Assembly (NCBI RefSeq): GCF_006345805.1
Contig: NC_043000.1
Span: 5,642,001 to 5,706,000 of the forward strand
DNA length: 64,000 nt
Source: Octopus sinensis
Taxonomy: Eukaryota
Reading direction: 5' to 3'
The first letter of the stretch is position 1, and each line of letters begins with the position of its first letter. The notes beneath the pieces are model-generated. The model was not told where the DNA came from, ran no database searches, and saw nothing but the letters and a program-made list of their open reading frames with translations. Both the position numbers and the translations under genes were made by a program. Positions 24,281 to 36,235 of the stretch are shown piece after piece.

Positions 24281-24436
24281 CGACGGGCTTCTTTCAGTTT
24301 CCGTCTACCAAATCCACTCACAAGGCTTTGGTCGGCCCGAGGCTATAGTAGAAGACACTTGCTCAAAGTACCACGCAGTGGGACTGAACCCGAAACCATG
24401 TGGTTGGTAAGCAAGCTACTTACCACACAGCCACTC
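24031..24436 (-). mobile_element. SINE A lacking the first head bases
   Basis: Group A consensus; private flank atttttctttaacgt shared with 26627. Confidence 0.9.
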
Positions 24437-24560
24437 ATTTTTCTTTAACGTTATAATTATATTTAGTATTTTTATTGTTTTTAGGCTCTGTAAATGAAAT
24501 ATATGAACTTTAACTTAAGTACCTGTGAAGAAAATTCCCTCTTCTGTGAACAGTGACGGT

Positions 24561-24898
24561 GAAGCCTCGTGGCTCAGTGGTTAGAGCGTTGGGCTTCCAA
24601 TCATGAGGTAGTGAGTTCGATTCCCGGACCGGGCTGTGTGTTGTGTTCTTGAGCAAAACACTTTATTTCACGTTGCTCCAGTTCACTCAGCTGTAGAAAT
24701 GAGTCAGAACGTCGCCGATGCCAAGCTGTGTCGGCCCATTTGCCTTTCCCTTGGATAACATCAGTGGTGTGAAGAGGAGAAGCTGGTATACATGGGGAAC
24801 TGCTGGTCTTCCATAAACAACCTTGCTTGTCTTTAGGAGGGGAACTTTCTATGTCCAATCCCATTGTCGTTCATGACCGAAAGGGGTCTTTACCCTTT
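24561..24898 (+). mobile_element. SINE D, tail gaccgaaaggggtctttaccc
   Basis: gtggctcagtggttagagcg, gagttcgattccc, gttgctccagttcactcagctg. Confidence 0.85.
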
Positions 24899-25859
24899 AG
24901 TACGTATAAATTGATTCCTGTATATTACTGGTACTTATTTTACCGATCCAGGAAAACGAACCTCCGTCCCGATAGGTTTTTAACTCGGACTACAGAATAT
25001 ATTTTGTCCGTCGCTCTAACGATTTTGCCAACCACCGTTTATTGATAAACTATAATTAGCAAGTGTTCCGTTTGCTTTCAGTTCGTATTTCTCCTACGCT
25101 TAGGCTACTCTACAAGCGCGAATAGCATGCCTCTGTCTATCACCAATACTATCACTAATACACCAAAGTCGAATGAATTAGCAGTGCTATTTGATTTATC
25201 GATTAAAAAACGCTTTAATTAAACACACTTTCTGTTATGTTATTTTAGGAACTACTCCGATAATGTATATACATATAATATTCTTTTCTTTTCGTTCTAA
25301 ACATGTTTCATAATCCATTTGTTGCAAAAGAGTTATATTATTTCAACGCTTGGCTGTCTCTCACAAATGCCTGTATCTTTCCTCTTGTGAGTTACTGAAT
25401 ATCTTAAATAAACGAATGGCAAACGCCGTAAACACAAAAAGCAAGTCCTTGGTGAGCTGAATCCACCAACAGGCTTAAAACGCTGGTTTAAGTCAATTTT
25501 ACTTCACTCATATCTTGTAATGTCCTGCTTATCAATGCGCGTAGACGTCGCTCAGTTCGATTTCCATCTCCGATTAATTTCTGATTTAATCGGTAAAAAA
25601 TCAGTCATGGTTATGTAGTTGAAAAATTATGCATGTAGTTGAGTGGGTGTGTATACATACACACGCATACACACACACATACACTCACATATATGTATGT
25701 GTGTATATATATATATATGTATGTACGTATATATATATGTGTGTATATATATAAATACACCCACACACCACTCACACACACACACATATATTGAGAGAAA
25801 CATAGATGTAGATACATACATGTACATAGTTATATATATGTGCGCGTGTGTGTGTGTGT

Positions 25860-26133
25860 GGCTGTATCGACCAGAGACAATCGGATGTTGTTATGCATTG
25901 ATGGTCACGATGCACTTCCTTGCATCGCTGTAGCTTTCGAATGATGTCATCCCGGTGTGTAGGCTGGCTGGACAACATTTCCGTAAACGAAACACCAGTC
26001 CGTTGCACGGTTACCAATCTACAACTAAACAGCGTGAAATAAAGTGTTTCGCACAAAAATACAACGCACCCCTGGTTTGAGAATTGAAACCACAATCGTG
26101 CCGGTCACTCGAACCACTAGGCCACGTGCTTTC
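25860..26133 (-). mobile_element. SINE D-type head with a further tail type
   Basis: Minus strand gaaagcacgtggcctagtgg ... gatgcaaggaagtgcatcgtgacc ... ctctggtcgatacagcc. Confidence 0.65.
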
Positions 26134-26479
26134 ACATGTACATACATACATACATACATACATACATACATACATACATACATACATACATACATGCATA
26201 CGTACGTACATACATACGTACACGTATGCGCGTTTCCGTTAACAACTGGTGTTGGTTTAAGTCCCGGTCAACTTTACTTTTCATCCCTCTGCGATCGATA
26301 AAACAAAATACCAGTCAAATATTGGGTCAACGGTATCAACTAACACCCTCCCTTCAAAACTGCTAGCCTTCTATCTAAATTGACAAGTCCCTTAACCCCT
26401 TGCGGGCTGTTTTGGTGCTACAGGTGTGCAGCGTATCTAAGGTAAAAAGAGGCCAATCCTCTCCAGACTAAGCTCATTT

Positions 26480-26620
26480 TCCTCGGGTCAGTGGACCGGA
26501 GCAACATGAAATTAGGTGTTTTACTCCAAGAACACAACGGAGCACCCGGTCAAGGGATCGGAACTACAATCTTACGGTCGTGAATCCAACACCCTGACCC
26601 CTAAGTGACGTGACTTCACA
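26480..26620 (-). mobile_element. Degenerate SINE D
   Basis: agtggaccggagcaacatgaaat ... ccaacaccctgacccctaag. Confidence 0.65.
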
Positions 26621-26626
26621 AGTGGT

Positions 26627-26807
26627 ACGTTAAAGAAAAATGAGTGGCTGTGTGGTAAGTAGCTTGCTTACCAACCACATAGTTTCGGGTTCAGTCCCAC
26701 TGCCTGGTACTTTGAGCAAGTGTCTTCTACTATAGCTTCGGGCCGACCAAAGCCTTGTGAGTGGATTTGGTAGACGGAAACTGAAAGAAGCCCGTCGTAT
26801 ATATATA
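26627..26807 (+). mobile_element. SINE A head; inverted local copy of 24277-24451
   Basis: Shares flank acgttaaagaaaaat and private variants; 3 substitutions by eye. Confidence 0.85.
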
Positions 26808-26886
26808 TACGAGGGGCGTTCAATAAGTAATGCCCCTGACCCACTTCCCATAGCAGTAGAGCAACGAAACTTGGCACAGTTATTAG
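26808..26886 (+). mobile_element. Mariner-type left end in a TA run
   Basis: tacgaggggcgttcaataagtaatgcccctgacccac resembles mariner TIR starts. Confidence 0.55.
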
Positions 26887-26889
26887 TCC

Positions 26890-27027
26890 TACAGCTGAGT
26901 GGACTGGGGCAGCGTGAAGTGAAGTGTTTTGTTCTAGAACACAACGCATCGCCTGGTACAGGAATCGAAACCACAATCTTACGATCGTGTGTCCAACACA
27001 CTCTAACCACTAAGATATGTGCCTCCA
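26890..27027 (-). mobile_element. SINE D 5' part
   Basis: cagctgagtggactggggcagcgtgaagtgaagtg ... ctaaccactaag. Confidence 0.75.
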
Positions 27028-27357
27028 CAGATCAAAATTAGAAAGCATTAAAAAAAAGTTAAGGATTGGTAGAACGTCGGAAATAATACATTACGACTTC
27101 TGTTTGGTCTTCGATAAAATGTAGTGACAATCAGGAGCTGACCACCACCCCTTAAAACTGCTGGCCTTTTAACAATCTTTGAAGCATTATTACTATTATT
27201 GTGGAGGCGCAATGGCCCAGTGGTTTGGGCAGCGGACCTTTCGACTTTCCAGCGTTATTAAAATAAAGTACTAGTCATGTACTGGGGTCGATGAAAACGA
27301 CCGTTTCTTTTTACCATATTCCAGATTTAGTGTCTATGTTGGATCCAATATATATAG

Positions 27358-28363
27358 GCGCAGGAGTGGCTGTGTGGTAAGTAGCTTGCTTACCAACCAC
27401 ATGGTTCCGGGTTCAGTCCCACTGCGTGGCACCTTGGGTAAGTATCTTCTACTATAGCCTCGGGTCGGCCAAAGCCTTGTGAGTGGATTTGGTAGATGGT
27501 AACTAAAAGAAGCTCGTCGTATATATGTATACTAGCAGTATTGCCCGGCTCGTGCGCTCGTGCGTTCTATGCACGCGCGAATTAAGCTAAACTTGGATGA
27601 AGATCAATCAAAATTCAATTATTATGGTTTTAAAATCAAGCATTTAATGCCCTCTATTTTTGCGCTTATGTGTTCCATTTCCTCAATAGGAAGTACATAG
27701 AAGCGTTTCATGAATTTTGGTTGATCAAATAATTGCATTGTTGAATTGTTCTTTTAGATCAGTATTTCTCAACGGGGATCTCAGGGGAGAGTTTCAGGGA
27801 GTCGCTAGCGATGTATCGTCATGATCAAAAATCCGGCCTGCAAAAAATTTGGTTAAAGTGATTCAAACTGCAGACTCAACGCAAAATGGTCACATTTAAT
27901 TCAAAGCGTTAAAAATGTTATGAAAACAATTGGTATGTGTTCACAAAGTCCAAACGATTAACACGAAAAAACCCTCCAGGCTACATCCCGAAAATTCATT
28001 TCTTTGCCGAATTTCTGCAATGTTTACGGCGATTCGTTTTTATATCTTGATTTTTTATTTTTCATGCAATTTACGCATGCTTGCACGCGTGGTGAACATA
28101 GTTCACGTCAAACAGCTGACTGAGTAAAGTTCACTATTCAATGCATGGGATAAGGCCTAAACAAACACATTATCGATTTTTGCACTGGCGTGATGAATAG
28201 CGCAGTTCAATTTTCATTCGCCTAAACTTTAAGTGACCCGTTTTTGGTGGTTCTACGATTTGTTGGCTAGGAGGAGATGTGCCGGGAAGTTAAACACACA
28301 GACACACACACACAGATACACACACAGACACACAAGTTGAGTCATATATATATATAGATATAC

Positions 28364-28397
<34 letters not shown>

Positions 28398-28438
28398 CTG
28401 TGTGTGTGTGACTGTGTGTGTGTCTGTGTGTGTGTATG

Positions 28439-28474
<36 letters not shown>

Positions 28475-28508
28475 ACTGTGTGATTGTGTGTGTGTCTGTG
28501 TGTGTATG

Positions 28509-28553
<45 letters not shown>

Positions 28554-28753
28554 TTGTGTGTATCTGTGTTTGTCCCCCCAACATCGCTTGACAACCGATG
28601 CTGGTGTGTTTACGTTCCCGTAACATAGCGGTTTGGCAAAAAGAGACCGATAGTATAAGTACTAGGCTTACAGAGCATAAGTCCTGTGGTCGATTTGCTC
28701 GACTAAAGGCAGTGCTCCAGCATGGCCGCAGTCAAATGACTGAAACAAGTAAA
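27358..28753 (+). mobile_element. SINE A split by a Helitron inserted in its internal TA tract
   Basis: Head 27358-27530, tail ~28555-28753. Confidence 0.85.
27532..28358 (-). mobile_element. Non-autonomous Helitron (~827 bp)
   Basis: Minus strand starts A|TCtatatatatatgactc and ends ccgggcaatactgCTAG|T with a GC-rich subterminal segment; inserted between A and T. Confidence 0.72.
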
Positions 28754-28992
28754 AGTATATATATTTGCTTTTTCGAAGCTGATGATTGTCATCTTTGCTT
28801 ATCTGAGCTTCTCTCGCCAATTCATTGTTTTAGATGGTAAAAATATAGCGTTTAGTGTTTTTTTCTCCCGTTTATTAACCCAGATTTACATGCAGATGTG
28901 TGTTGTGTGTGTGTGTGTGTGTGTGTGTGTGCCTGTGTTTCTCCTCGTGTACATGCGCGAGTTTCTGTGTATGTGTTTCTTGTGAGTATGTA

Positions 28993-29045
<53 letters not shown>

Positions 29046-29915
29046 TCGGATTTACGTGTGGCTATGTGCTTCTGTGCATGTTGTATAGCTTTTAATCCTG
29101 CCAGGTCTTCTACAAAATTTAGATGGTTTTTTTTTTGGTGGGGGGGGGTCCAGGATTATTTCACACTGTATTCTTGTAAGCACATGTACAACTTGATAAG
29201 CAATTGAGTGAGGAAAGTGTTTTTGTTTTGTTATGTCTTTTCTACTTCTTTAAATATACAACAATGATAAACCAAGTGTACTTGGTGTACTCCTGTGTCA
29301 TGAAATAAAACGAAAGATTTCAAAAAACGTAACTACGAGAAAGAAACAATCGTGCCAAATCATGAAAATAAACAAAAACCTTTTCAATTTCTCGTCATTC
29401 AGAGTCTACAAAATAAAAATATTTCAATGCGTTTTTCTGCTTTCTATTCAACCAATATTTCTCACTGTTTCATAAAAGATGATTGCTGTTAAAATATCTC
29501 TTATACGTTCACCCAATTTTTTTCTCCTACCTTTTTTAGTTTCTCATATATAAATTGTACATTTTATTATTACATTTCTTATCAATGGTAGACAATTAAT
29601 TTTAAATACGTTGCGTTAGCAAAATAATTGATTTTCCTTCATGCCGATCATCTCTCTTTTCTTGAAATGAATTTTGTGTGTAAAATTTACATTTGATTAA
29701 GTTGACTTAAATCGAGATATAATTCCGATTACTTCCCATCGTCTTTTCCTCTTTTCCACGCAAAACGTTTATCTTACCCATAATTTTCGCAGCCGTTATT
29801 CACAACTGCAAGACACAAATGTAAACCACAATTCCAAATGCATTTGTTACACGCAAGCGACATGTGTGTGTGTGTGTATGTATGTCTGTGTGTGTGTGTG
29901 TATGTGTGTGTGTGT

Positions 29916-29969
<54 letters not shown>

Positions 29970-30145
29970 AGGTAAGCTAGCAGAAACGTTAGCACGCCGG
30001 GCGAAATGCTTTGCGGTAATTCGTCTGTCTTTACGTTCTGTGTTCAAATTCCGTCGAGGTCGACATTGCCTTCCATCCTTTCGTGGTCGATAAATTAAGT
30101 ACCAGTTGCGTACTGAAGGTCGATTTGTTAGGCTAAATCCTTTAC
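29970..30145 (+). mobile_element. SINE B, 3' degenerate
   Basis: agctagcagaaacgttagcacgccgggcgaaatgc ... gtcgataaattaagtaccagtt. Confidence 0.8.
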
Positions 30146-30489
30146 TATATATATGTAGTAAATTCATAAAAAGAAAAACAAACGTGAAAAAACAGCAACG
30201 TGAGGACGTGGTACATGTCTATCTATCTATCTATCTATCTATATTTCTTATTAGCCTATCGACCTACCTATATTTCTAACTATCCATCTCATTGTCTTGG
30301 AACCTCACCCCAAAAAGCAAAAACAATGTTCTCTTCTAAACGATCCCCCCCAACAACAACAACAACAACAAAAAACATCTTGTTTTATTCACAGAATTGT
30401 ATTTGACAAGTTCTAGAGAGGAAAGAAAGAGCTAATAATAATGATGAAATAAAAGGATTTTTCCCAAAATTCTGACGACTTTTTTCTCA

Positions 30490-30494
30490 GTATC

Positions 30495-30526
<32 letters not shown>

Positions 30527-31162
30527 TGCATGTATGCATGTATGCATGTATGCATGTATGTATGTATGTATGCATGTATGCATGTATGCATGTATGTATG
30601 TATTATGTATGTATGTATGTATGTATGCATGTATGCATGTATGTATGTATGTATGTGTGTGTGTGTGTGTATGTGTGTATGTATGTATGTATGTATGTAT
30701 GCATGTATGCATGTATGTATGTGTGTGTGTTTATGTATGTATGTGTGTGTGTGTGTGTGTATGTAAGTATGTATGTATGGACTCATGAGTCATCTTCGTA
30801 GTCATAAAACGAGACAGATAAGTGACAACCTGGCCACTTGTGGTGGTGTAACACACCAAACTAATCATATCTGTCGGGCATGTGGAAGAGAGTGTAATTC
30901 GGCAGGAGGACTTAAACGAGATGCAAAGGTACATGAAGCCCAGTTACAACTACAGCCGGCTATTACCAGTAAAGGTCTTAGTTGCCTGCCAATTCTGTAC
31001 AAGACATTGTAGATCTTTAGCTGGGCTAAAAAGTCACATTCGATCACAGCACCAGTAACAGTTAAGCTTCGTGCAATGGCCATACTCGATAACGAGGGGG
31101 CAGCCATAATACTGTATGTATGTATGTATGTATGTATGTATGTATGTATGTATGTATGTATG
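30490..31162. repeat. (TATG/TGCA)n tract interrupted by a LINE 3' end
   Basis: Microsatellite at 30490-30777 and 31113-31162. Confidence 0.93.
30778..31110 (+). pseudogene. RTE-type LINE 3' end with C2H2-like zinc fingers, 5'-truncated
   Basis: LMSHLRSHK ... ICRACGRECNSAGGLKRDAKVH ... (frameshift) CQFCTRHCRSLAGLKSHIRSQHQ*, then a short 3' UTR running into TATG repeats. Confidence 0.7.
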
Positions 31163-31544
31163 CAAAAAAGGATCAATACTTCTTTTTTTAATTTTCAGGG
31201 AGACACCCTCCTATTTTATTCATATTCCTAAGAAAGCATTGTATGCGAAATTTGGGGTTGAAAAAGAGAAAATTAGAGGTTGCCACTAAGCTTTAAAAAT
31301 AAATGTCTCTCAGTTTGTGCTCAAAAACATAATATTTACTGATATTTCCGTTGCTATGTACCTCGTTAACCTAGTTTGAAAAAACAAACGCTGACATTGC
31401 AGGCTTATTGTACGTAGTGAGGCACGGCGCATATCGCGTCAACTTATGTGCAAGTTTCCCCAGGAGGCACATCATAACCACTTATGTAAGTTTACTTTTG
31501 TTTTTTTGTTTTTTTTTTTGTGAAGCAAGAATAATATTTTCTTG

Positions 31545-31765
31545 TTTTTGTTTGAGAGTGACAACCTGTAACTTTTAACTTTTAAGGTATTGTTTCTCCT
31601 CTTCATCATTGGTTATCAGTTTATTGTATTCTTCCATCAGTCGTACGCCTTTTTCCGCAATGTCGTTTACCACTTTGGGTCCAGACGCGATATCTCTTGC
31701 ATTCGCAAAACTTTCATCATCATTCCATTCTTCAGAATTTTTTTCAAGAAAAGTGCAAGGACCGA
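31545..31765 (-). pseudogene. DNA transposase C-terminal remnant (Sola2-like, from memory)
   Basis: FLEKNSEEWNDDESF...KVVNDIAE(R)GVRLMEEYNKLITNDEEEKQYL..LQVV with a frameshift. Confidence 0.55.
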
Positions 31766-31815
31766 CAAAAGCCTTGTGAGTGGATTCGGTAGACAGAAAC
31801 TGAGAGAAACCCGTC

Positions 31816-31847
<32 letters not shown>

Positions 31848-31851
<4 letters not shown>

Positions 31852-32080
31852 CTTTACTACCCACAAGGGGCTAAACATAGAGGGGACAAACAAGGACAGA
31901 CAAAGGGATTAAATAGATCACATCGACCCCAGTGCGTAACTGGTACTTAATTTATCGACCCCGAAAGGATGAAAGGCAAAGTCGACCTCGGCGGAATTTG
32001 AACTCAGAACACTTAACGGCAGACGAAATACAGCTATGCATTTCGCCCGGCGTGCTAACGTTTCTGCCAGCTCGCCGCCC
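31848..32080 (-). mobile_element. SINE B
   Basis: Full group B consensus. Confidence 0.9.
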
Positions 32081-32082
32081 AC

Positions 32083-32134
<52 letters not shown>

Positions 32135-32175
32135 GGCTGTGGCCATGCTGGAGCACCGCCAATGAAAAGCAGGAG

Positions 32176-32286
32176 ATGCTTACAGCACCTAGGTTTCCCA
32201 AGCGGTCACCCATCTAAGTACTCACTAGGCTCGACGTTGCTTAACATCGGTGATCGGACGAGAACCGATGCATTCGACGTGATATG
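32176..32286 (-). pseudogene. 5S rRNA-derived copy, 5'-clipped and mutated
   Basis: Minus strand catatcacgtcgaatgcatcggttctcgtccgatcaccgatgttaagcaacgtcgagcctagtgagtacttagatgggtgaccgcttgggaaacctaggtgctgtaagcat matches metazoan 5S; about 8 nt missing at the 5' end. Confidence 0.92.
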
Positions 32287-32319
32287 ATATAAATATATAT
32301 ATGTGTGTGTGTGTGTGTG

Positions 32320-32350
<31 letters not shown>

Positions 32351-32527
32351 CATATGTGGGCACAGGACGTCACGAAATGTGTACAACAAAAAATACGAAG
32401 CACGAGTACATGAAACATAAACTATTCTTTCGAACAACGAAAGACAAATGGAAAACAATACAAACAACATAAAGAAAGACCCTTTATCAGTTTTTGGCTG
32501 TTTTTCTACTCCCGTATTTCGAGCATT

Positions 32528-32574
<47 letters not shown>

Positions 32575-32613
32575 ATGTATGTATGTATGTATATATGTAT
32601 GTATGTATATATG

Positions 32614-32647
<34 letters not shown>

Positions 32648-32664
32648 TTAATATATGTGTGTGA

Positions 32665-32890
32665 GTGCGTCTTTGTGTCTGTGTTTGTCCCCCACCATCG
32701 CTTTTGACAACCGGTGTTGTTGTGTTTACGTCCCTGTAATTTAGCGGTTCAGCAAAAGCGAACGCTAGAATAAGTACTACACTTCTAAAAAAAGTCCTGA
32801 GGTCGATTTCTTCGACTAAGACCCTTCGAGGTTGGTGCTCCAGCATGGCCGCAGTCAAATTGCTGTAGCAAGTAAAAAATAAAAGAATAA
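32665..32890 (+). mobile_element. SINE A 3' half
   Basis: tgtgtttgtccccc ... ggtgctccagcatggccgcagtc. Confidence 0.8.
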
Positions 32891-33085
32891 CAAGTCCGAT
32901 ATTTCAGTATGTTTCGATTGTCGTTCCTGGAACAAGAAAGTCATACCATAGTTTAAAAAGGTGAGCTCGTGCCTTCAAGCAGGTTTTTCGAATTAGTTTG
33001 TTTAATAGTAATATCATGCTAAAATAATAAATAAGTATTATTGCATTTGATATCTCCTCTGTATCGTAGGCTTTCCCTCACTCAC

Positions 33086-33137
33086 CTCCATAACCAACGC
33101 ACGCAAAATAAAATAGAGCAGAAATCAACTTAAACAG
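33086..33137 (-). CDS. Candidate 52-nt exon, signal-peptide-like, unverified
   Basis: Acceptor attttgcggttttag, donor gag|gtgagt, open frame LFKLISALFYFACVGYG. Confidence 0.22.
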
Positions 33138-33458
33138 CTAAAACCGCAAAATCATGAATGTTTCGAAAAGTCTTCATTAATAACAAAATTTAACAAAAGA
33201 ATCTGAAATTGAAAATTACTCGAAATAATTTGAATTGAATTGTTTATCGCTTTATTAATATATTCATTTACTTATCTATTTTTCATTGCGGCATCATGTT
33301 TTCTATACAATTATTGCATAAAATTATAAAAACATTACTGCTAAATTCACAATTTCTATCTCAAAATCGTATACGCTTATACGCGTCATGCATGAAAATG
33401 TGCAATAACTATCCATAAGTTGATGTGGTTTTGTATTGTTGTTGATTTTGTTGTTTTG

Positions 33459-33954
33459 CCCCAGGTCAGCCCCGATCGATTTGACATATGATCGAAGGTG
33501 TTCTATTCGTTAGCATCTTGTCTATTCAAACGGTTTATTTCAAGGCGTGGTTGTCCTTCTCAACCACATAGTTCCGGGTTCAGTCCCACTGCGTGGCACC
33601 TTGGGCAAGTGTCTTCTACTATAGCCTCAGGCCAACCAAAGCCTTGTGAGTGGATTTGGTAGACAGAAACTGAAAGAAGCCCGTCGTATATGCATACACA
33701 TGTGTGTGCGTATATGCATATATATGTGTGTGCGTACATGACGTTTTTCTACATGGTCACTCAGATTAGCCCTAAGGGCAGTGTTTAGCTTGTTGCTTAG
33801 TCCCAGATCAGCCTTCATCGAATAGACATATGATCAAACACTTCTAGTATCTTGTCTGTTCAAACGGTTTATTTCAAGGCGTGGTTGCGTGGGAAGAAAC
33901 TTGCTTTTCAACCACCTGGTTCCGGGTTCAGTTCCACTGCGTGGCACCTTGGAC
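33459..33954 (+). repeat. Local direct duplication (~145 bp, offset ~340 bp) including a SINE A head
   Basis: atcttgtct(a/g)ttcaaacggtttatttcaaggcgtggttg occurs at ~33516 and ~33849. Confidence 0.8.
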
Positions 33955-34817
33955 AAAAATCTTTTACAAGTGTCTACGAAACTCGAAACTAGCTCACAAG
34001 ATAGCTATTTCAACTTTGCGGCGTTGGGTCGTTACTGGCAATATCGACCTATTTTATTAAATGAGCAACCGGCTTAGTTAGGCAGAACAAAGTTCATCAT
34101 TCGATTTAGACTGCCATATTTTATAAAAATATCATATTACAAGTAGAGCCATGACAAAAAGCATGGCAACTGTTTCATTCAGTCTCATTTAAATTCTGTA
34201 TTATTTTCAATCTTTATATACGTGATTTTCGTTTAGAGTTATAAAATTTCTAATTTACCATATATTTCTATTGAGCTTAAGAGGTTCTCGTTTTCTTGAA
34301 ATAACTGTTGGCAAACGTCCAAGTTTATGGAGAAAAGATCAAGGTACTTCGGGTCTTTTTTATGTTTTATTTCTCTATTTTTACACAAATTAAATTAGTA
34401 CACTGAAGATTTTGCTCAGAAGACTATCTTTCTTCAACACTTCACTATCCCGCACCCTTCTTGCATCACTTTTATCTACAAGAAATTAATAAAACACACA
34501 GGCGCACAGAACGCATTATATTATTAGGCTGAATATATTTTCATAATATCAGCATCAATAGCTGAAAAGTAACTACAGAGTTTGTATTCAGTGTCGGTAG
34601 CTTCAAACGAATACCAAAGCTGCAATATGCCGTCGTCTGCGTTGGCATCACCATAATCACTTAAAAAACATGCATGAAGCTAGTCATGAACTGCTGCCAC
34701 CAGTACCCCCCCCCTCTCACCCTTCTTTCTCATTTTAACAATTTCTGTCCCTCAATTTATTTCTTCCCTCTCTCCCCTTTTCTTTCCTCTTCAAGCTCTT
34801 TCTCTTTCTCTCCTCCC

Positions 34818-34852
<35 letters not shown>

Positions 34853-35923
34853 CCTCTTTCCCTTTCTTTCCTTCTATCTCCAGCCACTTCAGCGTTTTTT
34901 TCTCAAGTTAGTTATGAAGAAGAAAAGCAAGAGAGCAAAGATGGGCAAATGCTTTTCAATTATTGAAATATATTCAATATTTGAATCTTTTTGGACGTAT
35001 GGAGATAAAAGATACTGTTCTGAGAAAAGCAACCTAAGAATCAGGACATCAACTGTTGTTTATTGATAAGAATAATCCATTACTTCTACAGCCGATAACC
35101 GACAACCAATATATCTTCAATATTTATCTCTTTTAGAAGAAATATAAGCCATTGGATTATCTGGCATAATGTGACCACATGTCAGTGACGCCTTTCGCGT
35201 TTTGAAACGAAACCAATGTGAAAAGCATGCATAAATATTTCAACTTTATAGAGAAAGAGAAATGAGATCCATTCCATGCATGCCTTTCTTACGTATAAAA
35301 AATAATACTATGACTGGACAAGCATCGAAACCAGAGTACTTTCTTTTCCAAGACAACTATGACAAACGCTGTAGATGCAAGTTTGGTCGCTGAAAACAAT
35401 AACAACGATTGCTGACATCAGTTCAAGCTCACCAATTTTTAAGGGATGAATGCAGTCGTTTTTATTGGCTCCGGTGTATTACTGGCATCTTTTTAAAGAA
35501 AAATTCCTGGGTTATATTTTTATCCAAAGATAAAAATATATTCCAGTTCTTGTCATTAACGGTTTTCAATTCCTGGATAGGGTGCATTTCACGGAGATAA
35601 TTACTTATTTGCATTGAGTCACAGCCCTAGTGGAACCGACATCAGGTTGCAATATCGCAAGAAAGCATGGCAAGACGAATTCATTAAGCCGGACCAACTG
35701 GCAAGAGTCTTAGCGGTAAACCAAAAACGAGACGGTTGATAATATCCATCATCTCTTTGGTCACGCTTGAGTGTCCAGCTGCAAAGTGTAAAGACGGTTG
35801 CTTCTGGTAGGACCCTACAGAGGCGATACCAGAGGAATCTATCCCCATGACTCACCCTAGAATAGTGGATGGAAAAGATGGATGGATAAAAATATAAAAA
35901 TCAACCACTAGGAGATTTTGTAA

Positions 35924-36235
35924 TCTATAATATAAATTAGACATGACCGATCGTTGTATTCTTTCTTGTCTTGGGGTTCACAGCCAAACTGCTGGGTGGA
36001 TTCGCGTGAAAAATGGCACACATGTGGATACGGGTGCATACATTGGAATGCAGATTGTATTTTTTTTTCCTAACTCCGATACTTACCGAGAAAATCAATT
36101 AAAACTTTTCTAATGGAATTTCCCTCTTTCTTCTGCCATTGAAACAACCAGTTGCTGTTATAGATTATGCCTAACCGAAAACGATCACACCCACATCATC
36201 CAAACAGACCGGGTGAAACCGGGCTTAGCTGCTAG
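35924..36235 (+). mobile_element. Non-autonomous Helitron (312 bp)
   Basis: A|TCtataatataaa ... ccgggtgaaaccggg hairpin ... gCTAG|T. Confidence 0.75.

Noticed and set aside
32345-32527. Second hammerhead in a Penelope-like stretch
   Set aside because: The half-motifs (ctcgaaa, ctgataa) are degenerate and could not be folded into a valid core.
35610-35910. GC-richer stretch with open frames and a minus-strand AGG|GTGAGT donor at ~35857
   Set aside because: The splice sites do not pair with the open frames convincingly, and no motif was recognised.
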